NCBI GenBank assembly: GCA_964598125.1
Contig: CAZRAG010000001.1
Coordinates: forward strand, 8,810-72,809
From: an uncultured Pseudomonadales bacterium
Lineage (GTDB): Bacteria; Patescibacteriota; Microgenomatia; UBA1400; UBA1396
Direction of reading: 5' to 3'
Length of the DNA stretch: 64,000 nt
Shown piece after piece: positions 55,666 through 64,000 of this stretch. The notes beneath the pieces are model-generated. The model made no database searches. It worked only from the letters and a program-made list of their open reading frames with translations, and was not told the DNA's origin. A program made the position numbers and the translations under genes. Position 1 is the first letter of the stretch. Each line of letters begins with the position of its first letter.

Positions 55666-56844
55666 ATGGATATTCCTACTCAACTTCGATGTGTCATCCT
55701 GCAAGTTGTGAATCCTCACCAAACTCATGAGGATCCTGAACTTGCGGCAAAAAACCTGACTGAGCTTGAACTCTTAGTAGAAACCCTCGGTGGCGAAGTG
55801 GTGGCTACGACCACCCAACACCGAGTTAATCCCCATCCGGCTACGTTTGTTGGTGGGGGAAAGGTTGAGTGGCTTAAGCAGATTGTCAAAGACGAGGCCA
55901 TTGATGTGGTTATTCTCAATCGAATTGCCAAAACAAGTCAGATATTCCGTTTAGAACAGATCCTTTGGGAAGTAAATACCAGGATTCAAGTTTGGGATCG
56001 AGTTGATCTTATTCTGAACATCTTTGATTTGCATGCCAATACCAAACAAGCCAAACTCCAAATTGAACTTGCTCGAATCGAACACCTTGGACCAAGAATT
56101 TATGGTTTGGGTGGAACGGTGCTTTCTCGACAAGGCGGCGGCATTGGTGGCCGAGGTCTGGGTGAGACAAACATTGAGCTCGAAAAACGAAAAATGAAAC
56201 GAATCAAGCAACAGCTGCGAAAAGAGCTTGATGTTCTCGATCAGGGAACTCTCGAACGAATTCAGAAGAGAACGGAAAAGGGCACAAAAACTGTTGCCCT
56301 CGTTGGCTATACGAGTGCGGGAAAGACCACTCTGTTTAATACTTTGACTGGTAAAAATCAACAAACTGACCAATCACTATTTACCACATTAGACAGTGTT
56401 ACCGGTCGAGTAAAGCTGGTTGATTACACCAAAAACATTATCGTTTCCGATACCATTGGATTCATTGATGACCTTCCCCCCAACCTTATAAATGCCTTTC
56501 GCTCGACACTCCAGGAATCACTGGAAGCTGATATTTTGCTCCATGTTATTGATGGTGCTGATCCATTCTGGGAAGCAAAGTTTTTAGTGGTGGAAGAAAT
56601 TCTTCATGACTTGTCAGTGGAGAGAACCCCCATTCTTGTGTTTAATAAGGTCGATCTTATGGACGCCTCTCGACAACAAACAATTCGTGATCAATTCAAG
56701 GACAGGGAAATTGTCTTCATTTCTGCAGCCCAAAAAATGGGAATCAATACCTTAAAAGACATGTTAGTAAATGTGTCCTATCCAAATACCCAGCCTACAG
56801 CCAATCTTGCTGAGCAAACACCACAATCAGACTCAAAACAATAA
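55666..56844 (+). CDS. hflX: GTPase HflX
   Basis: HflX N-terminal domain followed by a G-domain with G1 motif GYTSAGKTTLFNTLTG, DTIGF and NKVD. Confidence 0.8.
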   Translation: MDIPTQLRCVILQVVNPHQTHEDPELAAKNLTELELLVETLGGEVVATTTQHRVNPHPATFVGGGKVEWLKQIVKDEAIDVVILNRIAKTSQIFRLEQILWEVNTRIQVWDRVDLILNIFDLHANTKQAKLQIELARIEHLGPRIYGLGGTVLSRQGGGIGGRGLGETNIELEKRKMKRIKQQLRKELDVLDQGTLERIQKRTEKGTKTVALVGYTSAGKTTLFNTLTGKNQQTDQSLFTTLDSVTGRVKLVDYTKNIIVSDTIGFIDDLPPNLINAFRSTLQESLEADILLHVIDGADPFWEAKFLVVEEILHDLSVERTPILVFNKVDLMDASRQQTIRDQFKDREIVFISAAQKMGINTLKDMLVNVSYPNTQPTANLAEQTPQSDSKQ

Positions 56845-57754
56845 CTCCCGTTATCGAGCCAATAAAGAAATAGGCTAGGGAACTGCTATCAAAGGGCAGT
56901 GGAACATTCATTCCGTAAAAACTAAAAACGATGGTCGGAAGAGTGAGTAAAACGGTAAGTGAGGTAAAAAGCTTCATGACTCGGTTGAGGTTATTGGTCA
57001 TGATGGTGGTGTAGGCCTCGCGGGTATTACGAATGTGCAGTAAACGATTATTGGCTAAAAGAATAATTTGTCCAGAGGCTAAGAAAAGGTCTTCCACTAA
57101 ATCACGATCCTCATCAAAAAGTGGAAATATCTTCCCGTTTAGCAAAGATTCCAAACTCGCATTCATGGGAACTATCGCGCCTAACAATTCATTAAATAAT
57201 TGCTCATAGGAGATCAGGCTTAGAATATCCTTATTGTTGATTTTTTCTGACCGATTGCGAACTGCGGTAAAATCACGACCAATGGTGTTACACGCATTTT
57301 GAAACGCTTTTAAAATATCCATGTAAATAAGAATCAAACACTTCACTTTTTGCGTGGTATAGAAGTCAGTTCGCTTCCCTAAACGGTCTAAAAAAGCAAA
57401 GTCATTTTCAGAAATCGTGGCAAAAAACTTAGGTGCCAAAATAAACAATAATGGTTGGGTTGTCAGCTTTTCATTTTTTACAAACGGAACACGTAAAAAG
57501 AGATATAACACCTCATCTTCTCGCTCCACCCGAGGAACTTCATTTGGGTCAAGTGCATCTCGCAAGTGACCACCATCAAGTTGGAATCTTTGCTCCAACT
57601 GTTGGAGTTCTTCTTCATTGGGACTATGCACGTCAAGCCAACAGCCGGTTTTAAAATCGGGAATCTGATTGAGTTTCTTTTCTCGCAGTGTCCTGGACCA
57701 AAATTGGATCATAGGTATCTTTCCTAATTCACATGCATTCTCGTAAGAAACCAT
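56795..57754 (-). CDS. CorA-family magnesium/cobalt transporter
   Basis: C-terminal FYGMN motif plus two TM helices. Convergent 50-nt overlap with the hflX 3' end. Confidence 0.7.
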   Translation of the reverse strand: MVSYENACELGKIPMIQFWSRTLREKKLNQIPDFKTGCWLDVHSPNEEELQQLEQRFQLDGGHLRDALDPNEVPRVEREDEVLYLFLRVPFVKNEKLTTQPLLFILAPKFFATISENDFAFLDRLGKRTDFYTTQKVKCLILIYMDILKAFQNACNTIGRDFTAVRNRSEKINNKDILSLISYEQLFNELLGAIVPMNASLESLLNGKIFPLFDEDRDLVEDLFLASGQIILLANNRLLHIRNTREAYTTIMTNNLNRVMKLFTSLTVLLTLPTIVFSFYGMNVPLPFDSSSLAYFFIGSITGVIVLSLIVVFAQQDWL

Positions 57755-57809
57755 GATTACACAATGTTAAAAGATTATTACTGATGAATCAGGTTTTCTT
57801 GCAAATCTC

Positions 57810-58313
57810 TTGCAAATATCCGTTACGGTGAGAACGTTGAAGGAAGAACTAATGGTAAATCGAATCCACGATGGAAGTCAATTGCATCCTGATAGCAGTG
57901 CAGACATACCCACACGTCCTGTATATTCATCAATACCAGACCAACCAGCGGTTACAACAGGTGATGCGCCAGATCTGCACCCTGAAAAAGTAGACAAAAA
58001 AACAGAGCAACGCACTGAAATTGAAAGGATGAAGGACATCATGCAAAACGTGGAATTTGTTCTCGCCATCCATACGAAACTCGTCCGGCTTATGGACCTC
58101 AACCAAGTTGATTTAGTCGTGAGTGTGCTCACTCAAATGCGAAGGGTGTTATCCCAGGAACAAATGTCGGATGAGGATTATGAATCTCTCGTGGAAAACT
58201 TAATGACCTATCATCAAGAAAAATTTAACGACAATAAGCTAGGATATTCAGTTGCCCGCCGAAAAATGACCATGCTCTTTAAAAAAAGAGAGGAATTCTT
58301 TCACAATCGCTAG
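57810..58313 (+). CDS. Hypothetical protein
   Basis: 167-aa ORF. Confidence 0.45.
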   Translation: MQISVTVRTLKEELMVNRIHDGSQLHPDSSADIPTRPVYSSIPDQPAVTTGDAPDLHPEKVDKKTEQRTEIERMKDIMQNVEFVLAIHTKLVRLMDLNQVDLVVSVLTQMRRVLSQEQMSDEDYESLVENLMTYHQEKFNDNKLGYSVARRKMTMLFKKREEFFHNR

Positions 58314-58349
58314 TACTTTCACCACTGTTTCTTACATTTATTCGACACA

Positions 58350-58694
58350 ATGCCAAAAAAGGACAGTCACTTTAAAGGGGCAGATATGGAAAATCGAAAC
58401 ATGAATATTGCTCTCTTTGTGGGAATACTCATATTATTAGGAACCTTGGGAGTATGGGCAGTAATGCAACAAAATCAAGTACCAATGCAGGAAGCTGGCA
58501 GGGAGTTGCCAGCGACAAGTAGCCCTGAAATAACCCCTAATGATTCTTTTGAAGATAACTCTCGTGACGAAATAAATATTATCATTCCAGAAGAAGATGA
58601 TGAGAATCTTGAAACACCCCTCATTGATTCCGAAACTTCACCAACACCAACTTCCACCAATGGTGCCCAACTAGACGCTCCTCTTATCCAGTAA
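58350..58694 (+). CDS. Small membrane-anchored acidic protein
   Basis: 114 aa with a TM helix, then a Pro/Glu-rich tail. Confidence 0.4.
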   Translation: MPKKDSHFKGADMENRNMNIALFVGILILLGTLGVWAVMQQNQVPMQEAGRELPATSSPEITPNDSFEDNSRDEINIIIPEEDDENLETPLIDSETSPTPTSTNGAQLDAPLIQ

Positions 58695-58747
58695 CCAGAA
58701 ATTACAGTAGTAAAAAGCTGATTGAAATTCTGCTGTATGCTGACAGC

Positions 58748-59338
58748 ATGAAAATGAAACGGCATATCATTCGAAATCAAATTTTTTCTTCCTCCGATTT
58801 GCAAGGAAAGGATTTTTCGGAAATAGAGTTCGTGGGTTGTCGTTTTGCCGGACAATCTTTCCGCTTTGTTCATTTCTCAAAATGTCAGTTTCGTGCCTGT
58901 GACTTGGCGAACACTTCTCTAGAAATTACCAGTTTCACTGATTGTGATTTCCCTGATAGTAAAATGAGCTACATTGATTTTAGTGATGTGAACCTGGAAA
59001 AATGTGACTTTTCCCAAACAGTCATGGAAAATTGTCTTTTTGCAAAAAATCCTCATCTCAACACTCCTCAAAAAGTTGATTTACAAAGCTGCCGTTTCCA
59101 GGCAGCTCAGCTCAAGCAATCCATTTTCCGTCAGTGCAATCTCAAAAGTGTTGATTTTAGCCAGGCAAACTTAGAACGTGTCTCATTTGAAAAATGCTTT
59201 CTCCAAAAGGCAAACCTCTCCCAAGCTGAACTCAAAGGAGTAAGTTTTCTCGATTGCCGTTTGGAGGCGACTATTCTTGACCTTGATGGCTTTTTACAGC
59301 TTGGCTATAACCAAGGATTCGAGTTAACCCAAGAGTAA
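58748..59338 (+). CDS. Pentapeptide-repeat protein
   Basis: Consecutive A(D/N)LxX-type pentapeptides (e.g. CDLANTSLEIT, ANLSQAELKGVSF). Confidence 0.7.
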   Translation: MKMKRHIIRNQIFSSSDLQGKDFSEIEFVGCRFAGQSFRFVHFSKCQFRACDLANTSLEITSFTDCDFPDSKMSYIDFSDVNLEKCDFSQTVMENCLFAKNPHLNTPQKVDLQSCRFQAAQLKQSIFRQCNLKSVDFSQANLERVSFEKCFLQKANLSQAELKGVSFLDCRLEATILDLDGFLQLGYNQGFELTQE

Positions 59339-59377
59339 TATCTGGAAAATCCAGCTGCATTTTGTTATTATAGGCCC

Positions 59378-59686
59378 ATGGCATTTTCCCCTAAAGACTC
59401 TGAACGCGCCGGGGTTCCAGAGGAAGAGCAGAACTATACCTTTCAACCTGGTACGGTAATTTATCCCTATGGTGGAAATTTTGGCTGGACTATTTCTGAA
59501 AGATCGGTTGAAGCACTTGAAGCGGTGCTAACCACAGGAAAGCAGGGGAAATTGAGCGTATTTACTGCAAAAAAACGCGCAATTCTCTATCGAGATGGGA
59601 AATATATTACGTTAGTTGAGGGAAAAACATTTTGTGCCTACAAACCCCGAAAAACGAAAACAAAGAATCAGGCTGAAGTTCGCTAA
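59378..59686 (+). CDS. Hypothetical protein
   Basis: 102-aa ORF. Confidence 0.4.
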   Translation: MAFSPKDSERAGVPEEEQNYTFQPGTVIYPYGGNFGWTISERSVEALEAVLTTGKQGKLSVFTAKKRAILYRDGKYITLVEGKTFCAYKPRKTKTKNQAEVR

Positions 59687-59736
59687 TCACTTTGTTTCTC
59701 ACTGACCTGGGACTTGGTATACTCAGTTCCTAACCT

Positions 59737-60927
59737 ATGCGCTTTCCCAATTCTCATCGCTGGCAACAGTTATCTCTTCCTACACTGAGCAACTTACCGT
59801 ATCGCACCCTTCTTATGGCGACACTTGGTTTGATTACCGGATTATTTCTATTGCTTGGAATGTTTCTCTGGAAAACCATGCACACTATTCTCGTGAGTAA
59901 TTCTCCTCTTACCTTAAGTGCAACCCAGAGTGCTTCTCTGGAAGAGAACGAGCCATCTGACTTCAGCATTCTCCTCCTTGGCTATGGAGGCAATGGTCAC
60001 GCTGGAGGACTGCTCACCGATACAATGATTGTTGCTCACATTCAACCGGAAAAAGAAAGTATCACCCTCATCACTTTACCCCGAGATTTATGGGTTCATT
60101 TCCCAAGCAGCCAGAATGGTGAAACGGGCTGGAAAATCAACGCGGCGTACCAGATTGGTTCCGACGACGCTTCTTATCCTCATAAGCCAACCCAGTTTAC
60201 TGGCGAAAGTGGGGGAGGGGCCCTTGCCAAGTATGCTGTCCAAAAGGTGGTCGGGTTTCCCATTGATTCTTTTGTCGCAGTGAGTTTTCTTGGTTTTACG
60301 GAAACGGTTGACGTGCTTGGCGGCTTGGATGTCCAAGTGGAGAAAACCTTTGACGACTTCTGGTATCCCATTGAAGGTGAAGAGGAGAATACATGTGGCC
60401 GTAGTACTGAAGATATTGCTACTCTTTCGGCAACTCTCTCAGGTTACCTCTTGGAACAACAATTCCCTTGTCGTTATGAGACCCTTCACTTTGACCGTGG
60501 CCTCGTCTCGATGGATGGTGAGACTGCATTAAAATATGCTCGTTCCCGACATTCCTCGCAGGACGGCAGCGATTTTGCCCGCTCTCAAAGGCAAAAACAA
60601 GTTCTCTTAGCAGCGAGAAAAAAGGCCCTTTCATTAAATCTTATTTCCAAGTTTTTCCCTCTGGTAAATTCCTTAGGCCAAAATATTCGCACAGACCTTT
60701 CGCTCGAAGATCTCCAGAATTTCGTCGCAAAAAAGGATACCTACAGCCAATACACCATTAAGAGTATTTCTCTCACTGATAAAAATGTCCTTGTACATGG
60801 TCGTAGCTCTAATGGTCAATACATCCTTAATCCTCGAGGGGGAGAAGAAAATTGGAGCGAAATTCATGCCTGGATCCAGGAGCAACTCGATAATCCCCAG
60901 GCTACCACAGCCGCTGAGCTGGAGTAA
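59737..60927 (+). CDS. LCP-family (LytR-CpsA-Psr) cell-envelope phosphotransferase
   Basis: TM anchor followed by LLLGYGGNGHAGGLLTDTMIVAHIQPEKESITLITLPRDLWV, an LCP signature. Confidence 0.75.
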   Translation: MRFPNSHRWQQLSLPTLSNLPYRTLLMATLGLITGLFLLLGMFLWKTMHTILVSNSPLTLSATQSASLEENEPSDFSILLLGYGGNGHAGGLLTDTMIVAHIQPEKESITLITLPRDLWVHFPSSQNGETGWKINAAYQIGSDDASYPHKPTQFTGESGGGALAKYAVQKVVGFPIDSFVAVSFLGFTETVDVLGGLDVQVEKTFDDFWYPIEGEEENTCGRSTEDIATLSATLSGYLLEQQFPCRYETLHFDRGLVSMDGETALKYARSRHSSQDGSDFARSQRQKQVLLAARKKALSLNLISKFFPLVNSLGQNIRTDLSLEDLQNFVAKKDTYSQYTIKSISLTDKNVLVHGRSSNGQYILNPRGGEENWSEIHAWIQEQLDNPQATTAAELE

Positions 60928-61030
60928 ATGTTTCAAATATCTTTTTATATAGTCACCATAATCAAACAAAAGCTACCCAACCGAGTAAATTCTTACTTCT
61001 TTCTCACAAACTCTATTGATAATACCCACC

Positions 61031-61510
61031 ATGCAACAGCGAAATATCCTCAATGTCTTTATCATTCTCATTTTTTTGGTCGCCGGTGGAGCCATCCTCT
61101 GGCAAAGTTTCCAGCCAAGTGATCAACCTGTAGATGTGTTTACCACTCCTATGGATACCGTCACCAAGGCAGAAAGTGCGCAAAGTAGTCCAACTTTGGT
61201 TGAAGACGCTATTCCGGTAGAAAAAATGGAAACAGCCCAAGAAATGACCATTATTGCCAAGAATTTTTCTTATTCCCAAAAAGAAATTCGCGTTAAAGCC
61301 GGTGAAAAAGTTACTTTGACGTTACAAAATGACGAAGGCTTTCATGACTTGAGAATCGATGAACTCAACGCTGCTACAGAAGTTATCAAAGCAGGCGAAT
61401 CTGAAACCATAGAGTTCACCCCAGTGGAAGCCGGTGAATACGAATACTACTGTAGTGTTGGTGAACATCGTGCCATGGGAATGGCAGGCAAACTCATAGT
61501 TGAGGAGTAA
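61031..61510 (+). CDS. Cupredoxin (plastocyanin/azurin-like) type-1 copper protein, membrane-anchored
   Basis: C-terminal copper ligands YYCSVGEHRAMGM (Cys-x4-His-x2-Met-x-Met) with an upstream His. N-terminal TM helix. Confidence 0.6.
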   Translation: MQQRNILNVFIILIFLVAGGAILWQSFQPSDQPVDVFTTPMDTVTKAESAQSSPTLVEDAIPVEKMETAQEMTIIAKNFSYSQKEIRVKAGEKVTLTLQNDEGFHDLRIDELNAATEVIKAGESETIEFTPVEAGEYEYYCSVGEHRAMGMAGKLIVEE

Positions 61511-61639
61511 GATCACCAGACGAACTTAGTCTCTTACTTTTTTATTACGAGATCAACACACAATCATCACTTGAATAGTCGATAGTATTTACAGTCGCGC
61601 TGAGACGCACTTTATTGTCGATACCTAGATGGGCTGGTA

Positions 61640-61671
61640 CCGGCAGCAGAACCACCCGCTTTTGGCGGGTG
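61640..61671 (+). terminator. Hairpin with a weak U-tract
   Basis: aaccacccgc-ttttg-gcgggtggtt followed by ttgtaat. Confidence 0.35.
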
Positions 61672-62047
61672 GTTTTGTAATAGAATCCGTAAATCTTCGT
61701 AGTTATCAGCTATGATGAAATTGATACTATACCTAACTGGAATCGCTATGCGAGCAGTACTATTCCTCCTTTTTCTCACGACACCTTCTATCAACAGTTG
61801 CAGGGATATGAATCGAAATATGAAAGACTCTTTGTCGTACTGTCGTATGATCAGGGGTATGAAAGTGATATTCGTGGAGTACTTGATAGGGCCTATTTTT
61901 CACAAGATATCAAAGAATTCTCGAGCGGTTTAGAAGTGCGTGAGTATTCTTTGCACAATGATCCCCAAACCCAAAGTAGTGAGGAAGATGTTTCCCTTAG
62001 CTCACCATAACGCATCCCAAAAAAACGCTAGAAAATAGTGACGGTTT

Positions 62048-62365
62048 TTGCTACTGTTATCTCTTATGCCAAGAGCAAAGTACCAACAGTATCTGACACA
62101 AATGTATGAGGAAAACCAGGAATTATTCCAATCTTTTCGAGAAATTCATGATCTCTATGCAACGGATAAACGGAAATGGCAGGAAAAGTATAACGAGCAG
62201 GGAAAACCTGTTCTAAGAATCATTGAGGACTTTGAGAGTCGTCTGTGCTCACAAATGGAGAGTGGTTTTAACGCTGCCTATTCTGATCGCCTGGCAGAAA
62301 AATTTCGTCAAGCCATCAAGAAAGATTATCCCTACATTGATTTTATTGGCATGATTCGCAAGTAA
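62048..62365 (+). CDS. Hypothetical protein
   Basis: 105-aa ORF. Confidence 0.45.
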   Translation: MLLLSLMPRAKYQQYLTQMYEENQELFQSFREIHDLYATDKRKWQEKYNEQGKPVLRIIEDFESRLCSQMESGFNAAYSDRLAEKFRQAIKKDYPYIDFIGMIRK

Positions 62366-62379
62366 TGAGTTAAAGACGA

Positions 62380-62823
62380 CTATTCAGCAGCTTCAACAAC
62401 GCTCTCTTGTTTTCGGCGCAATAAGATAAGCGACAAAACGAAAACGGTGAGCATGTCTAGCTGACACAGAATACATACCGGACAAATAACCTTTAACACA
62501 AAGACTTCCAAGAAAGTGAGGCGCAAGCAAAACAGCATGCCAAAAGTGGTCATGGCCAAGGCAAGTTTCTTTTTCTTGTAGTACGCAGCAATCAAAATAA
62601 TTATGTAACCGAGTAAGCCAACAAAGGGGACCGGAATACCGAGCCACTGACGAAGTTCGCCTTTAGTTACGGCATCACAATTAATGGTTGAGTTTATCGT
62701 ACAAAATTGTAATGGGTTGGGAGAGAGATAGTTATAGGAAAGATAAATGGCTAAGCCAATGCCAATCGTGGCTAAAATTGAAATCAAGGTCCAGATCTTG
62801 TGTTCTCTGAGCATAGTGTTCAT
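62380..62823 (-). CDS. Vitamin K epoxide reductase (VKOR) family protein
   Basis: Four TM helices. Loop Cys pair C-x6-C (CTINSTINC) and active-site CPVC in TM4. The start is taken at the internal ATG (MNTMLREHK). Confidence 0.6.
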   Translation of the reverse strand: MNTMLREHKIWTLISILATIGIGLAIYLSYNYLSPNPLQFCTINSTINCDAVTKGELRQWLGIPVPFVGLLGYIIILIAAYYKKKKLALAMTTFGMLFCLRLTFLEVFVLKVICPVCILCQLDMLTVFVLSLILLRRKQESVVEAAE

Positions 62824-62843
62824 TATAAAGAAATCTCCAAGAT

Positions 62844-63248
62844 ATGAAAGACGAAAATCTCCAGCAGCAAAAAAGAGAGAGACAAAAAGGCAGGCGTATT
62901 GCCGTTGTAGGAGTCTCACAAGACCCTCAAAAAAAAGGTCATCAAATTTTTGTAGATTTACTCCATTCAGGATATGAAGTTGTCGGCGTTCATCCTCAGG
63001 GTGGCGAAGTAGAGGGCCAGGCTCTTTTTTCTTCTTTGAAGGAGATCCATCCTCTCCCAGAAATGGTGATTACCGTGGTGCCCCCTCCCGTCACCGAATC
63101 TATCGTGAGGCAATGTATTGAACTCGGTATTTCTCATATTTGGATGCAGCCAGGATCAGAATCGCCTAACGCGCTTCAAGTAGCTCAACAGGCTGGTCTT
63201 GAGGTCGTTTCCTCCGCTTGTTTCATGAAAGATCAGCATCTTTGGTAA
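62844..63248 (+). CDS. CoA-binding domain protein (YccU-like)
   Basis: RRIAVVGVSQDPQKKGHQIF Rossmann start, and ...ISHIWMQPGSES. Confidence 0.6.
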   Translation: MKDENLQQQKRERQKGRRIAVVGVSQDPQKKGHQIFVDLLHSGYEVVGVHPQGGEVEGQALFSSLKEIHPLPEMVITVVPPPVTESIVRQCIELGISHIWMQPGSESPNALQVAQQAGLEVVSSACFMKDQHLW

Positions 63249-63339
63249 TTCACCCATTTCCTCTGAAAAATGGTATTATCCAGATGTATGCAGCCCATCA
63301 AGTTGCAGTTCAATACTCTCTCAGAAAGGGGGCAGCTAT

Positions 63340-64000
63340 GACCAAAAAAGCTGCGTCTCAAGTTTCGCCATTCCGCCAAAACCTTTGGCAAGATGAAATC
63401 AATGTTCGTGATTTTGTCTACACCAACATCACACCGTATGAAGGTGACGCATCGTTTCTGAGTGGTCCAACCGCCCGCACCAATAAAGTCTGGAAAAAAG
63501 TGAGCACACTTCTCAAGGAAGAAATTGCTCAAGGAGGTGTCCTCGACATTGATACGCAAACCATTTCCACTATTACCAGTCACAAACCAGGCTATATTGA
63601 TCAAAAACTCGAAAAAATCGTTGGCTTCCAGACCGATGCTCCGCTCAAGAGAGCGATCAAACCTTTTGGTGGCTATCGAGTGGTAGAGGCAGCTTGTGAC
63701 CAAAATGGCTACAAGCTCGATGGTGACGTTATCCGTATTTGCCGAGACTATCGTAAAACCCACAATGATGGCGTATTTGATGTGTACACCGAAGAAATGC
63801 GCAAACTTCGCAAGACAGGTGTGTTAACAGGACTCCCAGATAATTATGCTCGAGGCCGAATTATTGGCGATTATCGTCGTGTGGCCCTTTATGGCATTGA
63901 TGCCCTTATTGAGGCCAAACAAAAAGACAAAGATTCTCTCGATGGACCAATGACCGATGAACTCATGCGACTACGAGAAGAAGTGAGTGAGCAAATTCGC
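63340..64000 (+). CDS. pflB: Pyruvate formate-lyase (formate C-acetyltransferase), 5' part; continues beyond the window
   Basis: SD aaaggggg. Translation shows near-collinear identity to the PflB N-terminus, e.g. EINVRDFVYTNITPYEGDASFL and VLTGLPDNYARGRIIGDYRRVALYGID. The frame is open to the window end. The antisense ORF 63233..63763 is spurious. Confidence 0.85.

Noticed and set aside
56795-56844. 50-nt convergent overlap of the hflX and corA 3' ends
   Set aside because: Probably ordinary convergent gene-end overlap, or slight C-terminal mis-extension of one ORF. No independent element is visible.
63233-63763. 176-aa minus-strand ORF
   Set aside because: It lies entirely antisense to the clearly recognisable pflB N-terminus, so it is a spurious shadow ORF.
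1-64000. CRISPR arrays, rRNA, integrase or transposase genes
   Set aside because: Searched by eye for regularly spaced short repeats, rRNA-like conserved blocks, R..HxxR..Y recombinase motifs and DDE transposase motifs. None found.

Overview
The window is a gene-dense, mostly AT-rich (~40-45% GC) bacterial segment dominated by hypothetical, secreted and membrane proteins, with several higher-GC inserts (about 14.4-15.3 kb, 27.5-28.7 kb, 35.6-35.9 kb and 44.9-48.4 kb). A tRNA-Asn(GTT) gene sits at 397-468. A ~165-bp direct repeat covering its 3' end and downstream flank (461-628) recurs at 4155-4322. Weaker att-core-like copies (gggagcat...) occur at about 6934-6949 and 11708-11748. This argues for a tandem array of integrated islets, though no integrase or transposase is visible. 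The islets carry a DUF3800 protein, cysteine-rich secreted and membrane proteins, an unknown divergent gene pair, and a translationally coupled MazG-like NTP pyrophosphohydrolase + DUF2075 nuclease/SF1-like ATPase operon. The MazG-DUF2075 operon is my top candidate for an undescribed phage-defense system. Elsewhere there is a SAM-methyltransferase/ATP-grasp/GNAT operon, and a minus-strand OmpR-type two-component system driving a thiol-redox envelope cluster (two DUF1573 proteins, one fused to a rhodanese domain; CcdA/DsbD-like; M23 peptidase). There is also an MFS transporter flanked by VOC/PhnB-like proteins, and an Erm-family rRNA adenine methyltransferase with a C-terminal extension. A high-GC GtrA-GT2-GT83 glycosylation cassette is present. 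A 1083-aa secreted protein carries a phage tail-fibre type peptidase S74 intramolecular-chaperone domain. The remaining recognised genes are a DEAD-box helicase with an N-terminal RG-rich tail, HflX, CorA, an LCP protein, a cupredoxin, a VKOR, and the 5' part of pyruvate formate-lyase, which runs off the window end. Several intrinsic terminators are present, two of them sharing a conserved 3' flank with compensatory stem changes. A doubly frameshifted pseudogene lies at 34618-35412, and a polysaccharide deacetylase C-terminal remnant at about 24982-25116. No rRNA, CRISPR array, integrase or transposase was recognised.
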